Assembly: GCA_963733055.1 (NCBI GenBank)
Contig: CAVTBR010000002.1
Coordinates: forward strand, 320,001 to 384,000
From: Candidatus Bathyarchaeota archaeon
GTDB lineage: Archaea > Thermoproteota > Bathyarchaeia > 40CM-2-53-6
Direction of reading: 5' to 3'
Length of the DNA: 64,000 nucleotides
Below are positions 37,963-47,641 of the stretch, piece by piece. The position numbers were made by a program, and so were the translations under genes. A model generated the notes under the pieces. The model saw only the letters and a list, made by a program, of their open reading frames with translations, was not told the DNA's origin and made no database searches. Numbering within the stretch: the stretch's first letter is position 1; each line of letters begins with the position of its first letter.

Positions 37963-39017
37963 GCGAACTGCCTCCCGTCCGGCTTCGCCAAATCTTCATG
38001 CAGGGTTGGCTGGGTCGGTGTCGATCCGTTCGAGCCAAGCAACGCCTGCTCCAACTCTAGTCTCCTAGTCTCAAGTTCAAGTCTCCTATTCTCAAGATCG
38101 ATGAGCTGCTCCAACAGCCCAGCGACCTTCCTGAGTTCTCCGCTGATTCTTCCGTGCGCCCTCTCCGTCGCCTCGTTGCCGCTGATCACTTCCTTCACGA
38201 AGCGCTTGGCCCAGGGCGGCGTCGACTCCCACGTCTCCAAACTTTCCGGATGACTGCCATCGGCTCCTATAACGAGGCCCAAGGACGACTTGTAGTGCGT
38301 GTTCTTGAAGGGCGTCACGGGCCCGATGGGAAACGTGCAGTGCCTGCTGGCCGCCTCCTCCAGCATGTCCCCCACGAAACCAACGATCAGCTTATGGGAC
38401 GCCAACGGCGCGTTCTGGGGGAGGAGCTGGGCGAAGGCGAGCTCCGCCGAGTTCGTGAACGCCAACATATTCATAGGCCTGGTCATGCGCACCCTGCAAG
38501 TCTCCGACTTCGGGAAAACGTAAATGACGACGTCCGACGACCGGAAACACCACTGACGATTCCGATTGACCGATCTGTACCAGACGCCGAAGCCCGACCG
38601 GCCCGCCGACACCAACCGCAACCGCTCGATAAGCTCCGCCGGGACATGGCCGACAAACTCCGCGTGATGACTTGAGGGTAGGACTGTTAGGGCGTGTCCA
38701 TTTTTCGTAACGGTCGGCGGGTTCTCGACGGTTCGCAGCCATTTCGTGTAGTCGTGCTTGACCTTCCTCACCCAGCCGCCATACTCTCTGTAGGGCAGTT
38801 TCAGGTAGGAGCATGCGGATTTGGCGCTTGAGTGAGGGTATTCGCGGAAGTACCGGAGCATGGCTTCCTTAATCTGGTTGTTTTGACGTCGGCTCCGCCG
38901 GGGCGTTACATCTGTTACGTAACGGTCAGCCTTTGTTGGGTTCGGGGATGCAAACGTGTTCACCATCGCCTCCTCCTTGACCGCGCTTCCGTTCACGTCG
39001 TGCGGTTTAGAACTCAA
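37959..39017 (-). CDS. HTH-like + central alpha/beta + coiled-coil protein; candidate replication protein
   Basis: N-terminal helical HTH-like segment, DGSHPESLETWE acidic motif, heptad C-terminus; function inferred. Confidence 0.6.
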   Translation of the reverse strand: MSSKPHDVNGSAVKEEAMVNTFASPNPTKADRYVTDVTPRRSRRQNNQIKEAMLRYFREYPHSSAKSACSYLKLPYREYGGWVRKVKHDYTKWLRTVENPPTVTKNGHALTVLPSSHHAEFVGHVPAELIERLRLVSAGRSGFGVWYRSVNRNRQWCFRSSDVVIYVFPKSETCRVRMTRPMNMLAFTNSAELAFAQLLPQNAPLASHKLIVGFVGDMLEEAASRHCTFPIGPVTPFKNTHYKSSLGLVIGADGSHPESLETWESTPPWAKRFVKEVISGNEATERAHGRISGELRKVAGLLEQLIDLENRRLELETRRLELEQALLGSNGSTPTQPTLHEDLAKPDGRQFA

Positions 39018-39577
39018 TGGCCTTCACTTCCTTCGACGGACGTCAAGATGTGCGGGATTGGAACGGCGACGCTTTCGGTGTGGTAACGGGTTAGGGGCGA
39101 CGCAGCAGCGTTTTTCGCTACGACGATTTTGAAGCCACCGAAGTCAGACCGAGCTAGAGAGAGCCAGTTGTTCTTGTTCTTCAACCAGGCCCTGACGAGG
39201 GCAGGCCAAGGCAGGAGATAGCATCGCCTGCTCCCTTGGATCATGTATGCTACGTAGTCGTATGCGGTCACCGACTTTCTTATCCAGCCGGGCGTTGCAA
39301 GTTCCCGCACCGACAGGTATTCCAGAAGAACGTCGTTCCACGCGCCCTCTCGGACAATCTCATTGACCCGCAGAACGTCCCCGTCTGCGAGGCGGATATA
39401 GCGGTCAATACCCCCACTCCGTATATCTTCGTCACGGTCGTAGGGCGCCCTCACCATTCTTGTCAGCGAAGGAAACGCCTGCGTGTAGATTCTATCCCAA
39501 ATCGCGTCGTCAACGAAGCGGGTACCCTTTTTGAGCGAGTTGTGGTACTCGTGAATTCTCAGTGTGGGTGCGGTCAA
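39014..39577 (-). CDS. PD-(D/E)xK nuclease-like protein with a degenerate active site
   Basis: GIDRYI...VNEIVR...DVLLEYLS...GWIRK...DYVAY; TTG start overlaps the MT-A70 stop. Confidence 0.65.
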   Translation of the reverse strand: MTAPTLRIHEYHNSLKKGTRFVDDAIWDRIYTQAFPSLTRMVRAPYDRDEDIRSGGIDRYIRLADGDVLRVNEIVREGAWNDVLLEYLSVRELATPGWIRKSVTAYDYVAYMIQGSRRCYLLPWPALVRAWLKNKNNWLSLARSDFGGFKIVVAKNAAASPLTRYHTESVAVPIPHILTSVEGSEGH

Positions 39578-40671
39578 TGCTTCTCCACCTCGTTGCCCCA
39601 CGCCGCCCAGTTTTTCCGTGGACGACCGCGAGCGAATAGTTCGATTTTTTTCGCTGTTGGGTACATTGCCTCAATTAATTCGTAGACGATGGCGGGCTTC
39701 TCACTGTGATCGGTGCGTGATGACTCAAAGATTGAGGGTGGGCGAGCCGCCGGGTCGGGCGTCTGCGGATTCCCTCGGGTTCCGACCAAGAGGTATTCGT
39801 GCTGAATTCTGAAGTAATACCCCATTCCCACTTTGAGTTTGTTCCAAACAGCGCTTGTCTTGTAGGAGAAACCCCACCGTTGAAGCAGCTGTAGTCCTTC
39901 GATGAGTTTCGGGGGCGGAGTCCACAGGAACAGGACGCAGTCGTCCGCACAAATGTTCTCAACCGGTAACGCCGCGAGTTCTTCAAGTGTTTGAGTTGGA
40001 TAGTGATTTTCGATCACTCTCGTATTGGACTTTCCGAACGTGTAAGCATATGGCGGATCCGCAAGTATGATGTTGAATTTGCCGTTCGGCAGTGACGGCG
40101 TCTTGTCTTTCAGTTCGTACCGAATTAATTCCTGTTTCGCAATTATGAGCTTCTTTTTGCCGGACCTGACTTCCTGCGCGAGATCCGGTCTAGCGGCTGC
40201 CAGCCGCTTGAAGTCGCTTACATAATGCTCATTCACACCGACGACTTTCGCCGCTCGATCCCTTGCCTTTCCAATCTCCTCAGGGTGTGGAACCGGTTCC
40301 CGCCCCTGCCGTTGCCTCTCTTTGGCTTCCCGTTCCAGGAGCGGAAGCATGTCGTAGGCAACCGCCGCCTTCTGGTCCGCCGTCAAATGTCTGCGTTCGA
40401 GGTTGAGAGACACGACGCGTTCAGTCAGTGACCCTGGACCACGCCACTCGACAAATTGTGGAGCTATTCCGAGTTCGGCACAGGCCCGGAGGCGGTTCTT
40501 TCCGTCAATGATTTTGCCGCCGAGCGTTTCTATCGGAACAAGCAACCCGTTCTTTTCGATACTTACCCTGAGCACTTGGTACTCGCTATCGGACATGGGC
40601 GGGAATAGCGCGCAGACCTCGTGAAGCTCCGGGGTCGGCGCACGCTTATACGAAAGTTCTGCTGATACCAT
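39574..40671 (-). CDS. ParB N-domain + MT-A70 family adenine methyltransferase
   Basis: LFPPM..., IIDGKNRLRAC, NLERRHLT; ILADPPY, NHYPT, LFLW, WGFSYKT, HSEKP, IELFAR, WAAWGNE. Confidence 0.93.
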   Translation of the reverse strand: MVSAELSYKRAPTPELHEVCALFPPMSDSEYQVLRVSIEKNGLLVPIETLGGKIIDGKNRLRACAELGIAPQFVEWRGPGSLTERVVSLNLERRHLTADQKAAVAYDMLPLLEREAKERQRQGREPVPHPEEIGKARDRAAKVVGVNEHYVSDFKRLAAARPDLAQEVRSGKKKLIIAKQELIRYELKDKTPSLPNGKFNIILADPPYAYTFGKSNTRVIENHYPTQTLEELAALPVENICADDCVLFLWTPPPKLIEGLQLLQRWGFSYKTSAVWNKLKVGMGYYFRIQHEYLLVGTRGNPQTPDPAARPPSIFESSRTDHSEKPAIVYELIEAMYPTAKKIELFARGRPRKNWAAWGNEVEKH

Positions 40672-40757
40672 TTTGGCTCACCGGCGTGGTGGGTTGGTGG
40701 CTCTGCCGCTCCGTGGTGGGTCTCAATCACACCGGGGCGGCGTCGCCATACTTCTCT

Positions 40758-41057
40758 TCAGCCCGCCTCCTTGAGCGGTCTCTCGCCGTTTTTCGTTCGA
40801 GTCTTCCTGACTCTTGACATGAGAAAGTACGTGTTGACTGATTTTGTGACTTCACGCAGTCGGCGCTCCAGTTGCTGTTTTTCTGCGAGCAGCTTCTCAA
40901 GCTCGGCGCGGGTGACGCCGGCCGCGTTGACCATACCGAGATACTTTTGACGAGTGATCGGCCGCTTCTTTTTCCGGTCGTAGCCCACGTATTCCACTTG
41001 GAACGCCGCCAGATACTTCTGGCCGGGTCCGACCTTTCGAACGTAAACGTATGGCAT
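40758..41057 (-). CDS. Small basic protein: beta-sheet DNA-binding-like N-terminus plus coiled coil
   Basis: YVYVRK...YDRKKKRPITRQKYLG; GGAGGG RBS; TTTAAAAG box upstream. Confidence 0.65.
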   Translation of the reverse strand: MPYVYVRKVGPGQKYLAAFQVEYVGYDRKKKRPITRQKYLGMVNAAGVTRAELEKLLAEKQQLERRLREVTKSVNTYFLMSRVRKTRTKNGERPLKEAG

Positions 41058-41159
41058 CAGTCTGTTCCCTCCGCCGCCCGGTTCTCTGGCGCTTCCATTG
41101 CACTTACACTCCGTATACCCTCCCGCGGAGCTCTTTTAAAGACCAACAATTAGACTATA

Positions 41160-41331
41160 GTTCTTAATGTGTTCTTAATTTTGCCAGTGTTCTTACTAAG
41201 TTCTTACCAGTATTCACCAGTGCTGGTAGTGCTGGCTCGCTAGACGCGAAAATGAAACTGTGACCGCGCGCCACCCTATGTATCTTACTTAGCCCTTAAA
41301 CTCATCGAAAAATCATCGCTATGTATCTTAC
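41160..41331. repeat. Upstream repeat cluster GTTCTTA x4 and CTATGTATCTTAC x2
   Basis: GTTCTTA at 41160, 41171, 41189, 41200; 13-mer at 41276 and 41319. Confidence 0.75.
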
Positions 41332-41364
41332 GCAGTGCTTAATTGAAATACGTTCGGATGTCAG

Positions 41365-42897
41365 CTATTCCAGTGATGGCACGTCTTCAAGCCCGATCAT
41401 TCTGACGCCTTTGTAATCTGTGATAGGCGGGAAGTCCCTGATCACTATCACGCCTATCACATTCTTGACCACGTCAGAATCAAATCCGTGTTTGCTCATG
41501 TTGAGTTTAGCATACTCCATCTTCTCAAGAAGACTTGGAATTTTCTCTTCGACGAGTCGGCCGTCTTTCATCTTGTATCTCTTCCCGTCAACTACGCCTC
41601 TGAGGTCTCTGATCAGCTGGTCACGCCTATTCCTATGCTCATAGAATGTGGTTAACCCGCGAGCTTTCACCTCCACCACGAAGAGTGTGCCGTTACGGCC
41701 TGCTAGACCATCGATTTCCAAAGTCGCCTTCTTCTTGTCAGTCACGTTCGGAACCCATTTGAATCCCGCGCTTTCAAAGGCGGCCTTGGCTCTTTCCCTT
41801 TCGAGTTCCCTGGAACGCCTTACCGTTTCATCATGGAAATATTCGCTCAGAAGGAGCGGGTGCAATAGCAAGAAAATCATGAACGTCATCCTATGCGAAA
41901 TGAACACGTTTCCCGCTAGCAGCGGAAACAGAGGAAACGTATCGGCATTAGTGGACGAGGACAACAGAATTGATTCCGCCTGGATTGCTTTGCCTTTGAA
42001 AATCTGCCTTAGCGCTTCCCTGAAGGTAGCCAGAGGAGTAACGGTCATGGTTTCTTGCACGGCCATGAACCCGCTAGCTATCCGCAGTATCTGCAATGGT
42101 TCACGAACGACGCCCCCGTAGTTTGCAAGGTCGAACGTGTTGGCGTAGAACACGTTCTTCAGCAGTCCACAGTAGAATGAATTTAGAAGTTCGTAGGAAG
42201 TTTTGATGAAGTTCCTTGGCCGATAGCTCCCCTGCCTGGGCGCGTTCTCAAGCTTTTGCCTGATGGTTTCCCACTCTTGGCGGTACTCTTCCGTCTTCTT
42301 TCGACCTTCTTGGTCGGTAAAGATTTCGTTATTTGCAAAGGTCCGAAGGAGAGGAACGTAATCCTCATTGTAGATCACTTTGAATATTCTCAGTTTGTCT
42401 CTCGGTGTGAGCGACGAAAGCGTGAATGATTCTGTGGCTACGAGTTCGGCATAGCCCTCCTGTAGGTAGATATGCTCCGTCAAGAGCCCTAAGTAATCTG
42501 AAAACGAACGCACCAGTGCTAACGTGTTGTGCTCGTCGGCCTCAATTGTTCCGTTGAAATCCTTTTTCATCAGAAGCGCTATCAAGTAAGTGAACACGAC
42601 GGTCATGCTCAGGTCAAGTGGCTCAGGATAATTGTCGAAGTAATGTCTCGCGTACCTCTCCCTTTGCCAAACGATGTGCATGATCAACCGGGTTTTCTTG
42701 AATTGCCTCATGTATCGAAGAAATAGGTCGTATATGCGAACCAAACGTTCGGTGGAGATACTGAGCGCTAGGTCCCGATCGATTACAATTAACCCATAAC
42801 ACTCGGGACAGAGACTTTTCATCAGCAGCGGCTGAGTGAGCAGGAGCCTCGCACCGCACACTTGACATGGCATAGGACCGACTCGAAGTAGTTGCAA
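41365..42897 (-). CDS. Protein with an N-terminal Zn ribbon and a C-terminal NERD / PD-(D/E)xK nuclease domain
   Basis: CQVC...CPEC; ELE...EIDGL....TLFVVEVKA. Confidence 0.75.
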   Translation of the reverse strand: MQLLRVGPMPCQVCGARLLLTQPLLMKSLCPECYGLIVIDRDLALSISTERLVRIYDLFLRYMRQFKKTRLIMHIVWQRERYARHYFDNYPEPLDLSMTVVFTYLIALLMKKDFNGTIEADEHNTLALVRSFSDYLGLLTEHIYLQEGYAELVATESFTLSSLTPRDKLRIFKVIYNEDYVPLLRTFANNEIFTDQEGRKKTEEYRQEWETIRQKLENAPRQGSYRPRNFIKTSYELLNSFYCGLLKNVFYANTFDLANYGGVVREPLQILRIASGFMAVQETMTVTPLATFREALRQIFKGKAIQAESILLSSSTNADTFPLFPLLAGNVFISHRMTFMIFLLLHPLLLSEYFHDETVRRSRELERERAKAAFESAGFKWVPNVTDKKKATLEIDGLAGRNGTLFVVEVKARGLTTFYEHRNRRDQLIRDLRGVVDGKRYKMKDGRLVEEKIPSLLEKMEYAKLNMSKHGFDSDVVKNVIGVIVIRDFPPITDYKGVRMIGLEDVPSLE

Positions 42898-43049
42898 AAA
42901 CCTCCTTTGTATCAGGCGACTTATTTGCCCTCTTCAGACGTGAGTTCTCACATCTCCCGAATAATACGGGAGACCCTTCGACTGAGATCATTGAGAAGTA
43001 CGACAACAGGAGCATAGCTCCGAAAACCAGGCAGCACGATATTTGTACG

Positions 43050-43679
43050 TTAATCGTGTTCCAGCTGCTGGGGCTGGGTCGATTCGGGCGGCTTTTCCGC
43101 GGGTTGGGCTGGAACGCTGCCCGGATATTGTTTCATCCGCGTAAGTCTAAGTCCGTTTTGCACGCAGAACGTGAACAGCCGGTCTGGGAAGCACTTTCTG
43201 CACCACTGTCCAGCCTCCGTAAGCTGATACTCTTTCCTTTCAGTCTCATACCTAGTCTCTGGGGAATTGATGAGCCCCATCTTGTCCATCTTCAGTATGT
43301 ATTGGCGAATTTGGGGCTGAGTTATCTCAACTCCCTTGCCCTGCGCGTAGGTTGTCATGTCTGTCTGGGACAGGGTCTCGTTGTTGTGGAAACTGCGAAG
43401 GAGAATTACGTGGATCAAATCGCCGTTGTTCGTTGTTGTCTTCAGTAGCTTTCTAACTTCGTTGGGGGCGTTCGGAATTATGACTCGACGGATGGTCCTT
43501 GCGTCGTAGCCCACTCGGCTAAGAGCGATTGCGAGGTAAAGTATGGAAAGCAAGATCGAGACGATCACTATCGATGAGTGATTCAGAAGGCTCCAGAGAA
43601 ACGAGAGCACGAGAGCTATCGGCGCCACGAAGACCAGAAACGCCGATGCGATGAGTAAGAGACGCCCCAATGACTCCAA
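43050..43679 (-). CDS. 2-TM protein with a C-terminal winged helix
   Basis: ITQPQIRQYILKMDKMGLI...YQLTEAG. Confidence 0.7.
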   Translation of the reverse strand: MESLGRLLLIASAFLVFVAPIALVLSFLWSLLNHSSIVIVSILLSILYLAIALSRVGYDARTIRRVIIPNAPNEVRKLLKTTTNNGDLIHVILLRSFHNNETLSQTDMTTYAQGKGVEITQPQIRQYILKMDKMGLINSPETRYETERKEYQLTEAGQWCRKCFPDRLFTFCVQNGLRLTRMKQYPGSVPAQPAEKPPESTQPQQLEHD

Positions 43680-43784
43680 CCGACTTTGAAAGTCCTTTGA
43701 TACCGTCTTGCAAGCCCATTAAAGATACTTTGTACCGCCAGACCTGAAATAGCCGGTTCGCTCATCTACTCTCGGTGTGAAAGA

Positions 43785-44678
43785 TTGGCTTCTGTCGAAT
43801 CAAGAATGGGCATTGTGGTGGTACTCGTGATAGTCGTGGTCGCGGCCGGAGTCTTTGTCATGTTCAATCCATTTCCTTCAAAAACACCTCAACCTCCGTC
43901 ACAACCGACCAGCGCCACGTTGAGCATTCAAACGCTCGTTCCCACAAACACGCTCTATGGAAGCCAAGTGGACGTGAAGGAGATCGCAACTAGCCAGGGG
44001 CAGGCCGCCGTCAATCCGAAGCTCACGTTGAGCGTTTCCCTGGGGAACGACACGATCTACACAAACTCACAGCCGATCAATCTGGCGTCACCATTCACGC
44101 AGGATTACACTGTCACGCTAATGGATCCGAATTCCGTAATCCAACCGTCCGCGAGCGCGGCGACCATTCAGAGCACATTATCAGCTGACAACGGAAACGC
44201 CGCACTAAACACAACCTCAATACCGCTCTGGGAACCCTCGGCAACTCTAAAGGTCGACCTACCCAACAGTTGTTTCGTGGGCATATGTAATCCGACTCAA
44301 CCCACACCGTTGAAAGCCGGAACTTATTTGTTCAACAGCGCAACGGTGCAATACATCGGAACCCAGACGCAAACATTCCAGGTCGCCGTAGGAGTCGTCG
44401 TCGGCGCCCAGACTACACCCTACTTCCAGATGAACAAGCAGCTCACACAAAGCTACAGCTACAATGGCAACACAGTATGGATAGCGGGCAGCGACACGAT
44501 CGACTTAGCACACCCACTCTGGAACGTTCCTACCAGCCCAACAGAATTCACTGTGTTAACTGGCGGTATCGCAGGCGCGCAAATCAGCTTCAACATAGTG
44601 CTATACCTCGTGGTCGGAAACGGCCATTATCTTCCTCTGAGCACGATTCCCGAAACATATCAAGTCAACCAGAGCTAG
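43785..44678 (+). CDS. Membrane-anchored secreted beta-rich protein
   Basis: N-terminal anchor, T/S/Q-rich. Confidence 0.7.
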   Translation: MASVESRMGIVVVLVIVVVAAGVFVMFNPFPSKTPQPPSQPTSATLSIQTLVPTNTLYGSQVDVKEIATSQGQAAVNPKLTLSVSLGNDTIYTNSQPINLASPFTQDYTVTLMDPNSVIQPSASAATIQSTLSADNGNAALNTTSIPLWEPSATLKVDLPNSCFVGICNPTQPTPLKAGTYLFNSATVQYIGTQTQTFQVAVGVVVGAQTTPYFQMNKQLTQSYSYNGNTVWIAGSDTIDLAHPLWNVPTSPTEFTVLTGGIAGAQISFNIVLYLVVGNGHYLPLSTIPETYQVNQS

Positions 44679-44685
44679 AACCGAG

Positions 44686-45018
44686 ATGGGTACAGGGCTT
44701 TCCTCGAAATTTCCGCCCGATACGGAGCTTGAGCAGTGGGAGAGAGACCAGTATCTCGAGCTTTTGGAGAACAGAAACGATCTGGTCGGGGGCCTGCAGC
44801 TGCAGGGTCTGTTTCTCTTGAGAAGACGACTCAATCAGCTGAGAGACTTGCTCAACCTCCTCAACACAACCGAACTGCAAGTCAAAGGAGCGACCGAATC
44901 TCTGACTTCTCAACTCAGCAAGTTGAATTCGTCAAGCAGGAGAATTGAAATCGCAACAATATTCCTGTTGGCGGCCACGCTTCTGCTAGTCATCTCGTCC
45001 TTGCTTCACGTACTGTAG
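44686..45018 (+). CDS. Coiled-coil protein with a C-terminal TM
   Basis: Heptad pattern followed by a hydrophobic tail. Confidence 0.55.
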   Translation: MGTGLSSKFPPDTELEQWERDQYLELLENRNDLVGGLQLQGLFLLRRRLNQLRDLLNLLNTTELQVKGATESLTSQLSKLNSSSRRIEIATIFLLAATLLLVISSLLHVL

Positions 45019-45345
45019 CAAAGAAATCCGCTCCGCCTCGTACCACGAAGGCAGGTCTTCGTCTGGCCTTTTTATCGGTGGGTTAAGCATCCGTTTTGTC
45101 ATTCGTCGAAGCGGAACTGTTGGTGAGCGGCACGGAACGATAACGATGTCGGACCACAGCCAATCCTTGAACTTTACAAGAAATTGCGCTATTGGCGGTA
45201 GCGGGTCTCTGATGAGTTGGTCGCCTGCGAAGTATGCTCTCGTGACTTTGCACCGAAACAGGAGCCACTCCGTCTCTACGAGCTCCCATATCGCACCGAC
45301 CCTCGTTTGTGCGGACGAGCGAACGCGCTGTTTGATTTCCGTCAA
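44986..45345 (-). CDS. Hypothetical protein
   Basis: TTG start overlapping the 45342 stop (TTGA). Confidence 0.4.
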   Translation of the reverse strand: MTEIKQRVRSSAQTRVGAIWELVETEWLLFRCKVTRAYFAGDQLIRDPLPPIAQFLVKFKDWLWSDIVIVPCRSPTVPLRRMTKRMLNPPIKRPDEDLPSWYEAERISLLQYVKQGRDD

Positions 45346-46010
45346 GGTCCTACAACCCCTGCGTGAAGCGACGCGAACACCGTGCCCCACTGCCCGAACC
45401 CTGTGATGAGCCCGACCACTCCGATGAGACCGAAGAGAAAGCACACCTTCAGGTCCGTGTCTTTCCAATGAAATATGGCCAGCCGTTGCTTGCCTGTTAT
45501 GCCGAAAACGCCGGCGTGAGTGGGCAGGTCGGCTACCAAGTGGCAACAACTTGCGAGCAGCCCGGCCAAGACCGTCCATTGCCAGAACACCGGAAACGAG
45601 AACCCAAGGAAAGACATGACAAACTCGAAGAGCATTCCGGCGGCCAGCCCGACGATCACGCCGACGACAGGCGCAGTGAGCACGGAGTGCGTCCTCGCTG
45701 TTCTGACCGGTATTGATTTGTTCTGTGATTGACTCCAAACCCGCCTGTGGCCGAAACCGTCGATCGCCCCATCGGTCCACACGGCGACGATCCAGAGCGG
45801 TATGAATCCGAGTATGGCTGACGAACTCACGGAACTCAGCGGTCCCGTTAGCCAACCACCCGCGAATGGAATCGGCGAGACGAACTGCGAAGCCAAGCCC
45901 ACGGAGGGAAACGTTAGCCCACTGGTTGTGATCATGGTTGTCAGGCTTGGCAGGAAACAAGCAGCTACTACGCCGGCAGAAAATATGTTGTGGATGATGA
46001 GCTTCGACAT
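45342..46010 (-). CDS. Membrane metal-dependent hydrolase, DUF1286/YdjM-like
   Basis: H..FS.G, DGFGH.R, RT..THS, HLVADL.T..GV. Confidence 0.75.
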   Translation of the reverse strand: MSKLIIHNIFSAGVVAACFLPSLTTMITTSGLTFPSVGLASQFVSPIPFAGGWLTGPLSSVSSSAILGFIPLWIVAVWTDGAIDGFGHRRVWSQSQNKSIPVRTARTHSVLTAPVVGVIVGLAAGMLFEFVMSFLGFSFPVFWQWTVLAGLLASCCHLVADLPTHAGVFGITGKQRLAIFHWKDTDLKVCFLFGLIGVVGLITGFGQWGTVFASLHAGVVGP

Positions 46011-46263
46011 TACTGGTCGTCCGTCTCGTCCTCAAGGATTTTGTTTTGTAGTAGCTTCAGTAGGTTGCCGACTGTCACGCAGAATCCCAGGCCCAGGCCG
46101 GCCCATGCGTGTTGGATTTAAACCCAGCAGGGCACCCAAGGGGTCTCCGCTGTCTCCAGCAGGAAGGTGTAGGTGACTCGAACAAGATACTGACGGCTAC
46201 TACAATAGATACCAAATCCATCAGATTGACCAAGCAAACTGATGACTGGAGAGATCGGCGGAG

Positions 46264-46887
46264 TTGAGTTCCCGGGCACCCAGACTATTTCACTACGAGG
46301 AGGAACTTCGGAGCGCAGAAAGAGCTCTAGACACAAAGTTGTACCGGGCTTGTATACTTCACTGCGTGCTTGCCGTCGAGGCGTTTGTCTGGGACCTGCT
46401 GTGGGGAAACGATCATGTTGGTGTGGTCTTCCCACCCGGGACGAATCCCGTGCCGTACCAGACTGTTGATTTGATTTTCCAGTATGTGCGTCCCTGCGTA
46501 GACGAACATGGGAAACCCGCCCCAGTCTATCCACCTGATTATCAGGTCGGTCATCCGGAACTGAAGCCCTACATGGAGGCGTTCCGCAAAGCGAACAAGA
46601 AATTATTCAGAAACGGCTCGGACGGCTTACTCCTAGCTCAGGCCGTTCGGACCGGCGTAGTGAGCGCGGACGAAGCAGAGTCAGTGCGAAGGCTTCGCAC
46701 CATACGTGATTTCTGTTGCCACTTCAACCCCTACTGCCGCACGCTGCAGAACTACAAGGAATGCCTGCGGAATTTCAGCATCGAAATCGACGCATTCAAG
46801 GAGCTACCGCAAGTCGCCTCAAAGGTCTTCGAAGAAACAAGGGGGCTGCTCGACACTTGGGTCGGGCGTAGAAGAGCGCCGACCTAG
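46264..46887 (+). CDS. HEPN-like protein
   Basis: AERAL....YRACI......VE and the Rx4H motif RDFCCH. Confidence 0.6.
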   Translation: MSSRAPRLFHYEEELRSAERALDTKLYRACILHCVLAVEAFVWDLLWGNDHVGVVFPPGTNPVPYQTVDLIFQYVRPCVDEHGKPAPVYPPDYQVGHPELKPYMEAFRKANKKLFRNGSDGLLLAQAVRTGVVSADEAESVRRLRTIRDFCCHFNPYCRTLQNYKECLRNFSIEIDAFKELPQVASKVFEETRGLLDTWVGRRRAPT

Positions 46888-46903
46888 GTTCGTTTCTCAA
46901 ATA

Positions 46904-47482
46904 TCAGAGAAAGGCGATGCTCTGAACGTCCTTCTCCGAAATGAACATCTGTTTGCCGAGGCGGAGCTTCTTTGTCGCCTCGTGGTTCCCGTCGCGGATT
47001 ATCATTTCGGGCTGGAGAAGACGGAGTTCCTTGGCCGTGTCGCCTGTCCCGACCGAGTCTAACTGGCCCATTATTTCTTGTCCTAGAGCCGTATGCACCA
47101 AGACGAAGTTCGGCTCGTTCCGCTTCAGGCTCTTCACAATTGCCCCCCACACGGTTCCCGGATGATAGCCTTGCCTGAACAGTCTCCTTCCTACTAGCCC
47201 GGGGAAAAGCCCGATCGCAATTGAGAGTGCTAGCAGCAGCGTGATGTTCTGCGGCATTAGCGCCGCTTCCCTGATCTTGTCGAGGCTATCGATCGAGGTC
47301 AGGTATGAGAAGGGGACGTATATCACGAGGCTGAGCGCGAAGCTGATCACCGTCATATCGAAGTCTGAGAATTTTCGGTCGTACGCGAATACCCACGCAA
47401 AAACCTTGGCCGAAACGAAACCCGGGACTAACAGTACGACCAGCACAAGAGCGTCCGCTAGCGAGGGGAGGTCGAGGACCAT
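46904..47482 (-). CDS. DUF6338-like membrane protein
   Basis: LLVPGFV, 3 TM segments, TVW, then a C-terminal beta domain ending I...D.QSIAF. Confidence 0.7.
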   Translation of the reverse strand: MVLDLPSLADALVLVVLLVPGFVSAKVFAWVFAYDRKFSDFDMTVISFALSLVIYVPFSYLTSIDSLDKIREAALMPQNITLLLALSIAIGLFPGLVGRRLFRQGYHPGTVWGAIVKSLKRNEPNFVLVHTALGQEIMGQLDSVGTGDTAKELRLLQPEMIIRDGNHEATKKLRLGKQMFISEKDVQSIAFL

Positions 47483-47491
47483 GTTCTCCCT

Positions 47492-47641
47492 CTACTGCTT
47501 CTTGTCTTCCTTCTTGATCGGCTCAGGTTGAGGAACGGGCGGAGGGGTTGCATTGACCGACGCTGCGAGATCTCGTCGTTCGCCCTGGAAGACCTGGAAG
47601 TACTCTTTGATTTTGACGTCCTTCTTTTCTTCGTCGCCCAA
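47492..47641 (-). CDS. 49-aa charged, Pro-rich peptide upstream of the DUF6338-like gene
   Basis: Not in the ORF track; MGDEEKKDVKIKEYFQVFQGERRDLAASVNATPPPVPQPEPIKKEDKKQ, ends 9 nt before the next ATG. Confidence 0.6.
   Translation of the reverse strand: MGDEEKKDVKIKEYFQVFQGERRDLAASVNATPPPVPQPEPIKKEDKKQ

Noticed and set aside
45346-46035. N-terminal part of the 349-aa ORF 44986-46035
   Set aside because: Off-frame overlap with the DUF1286-like gene; only the part from TTG 45345 is plausible
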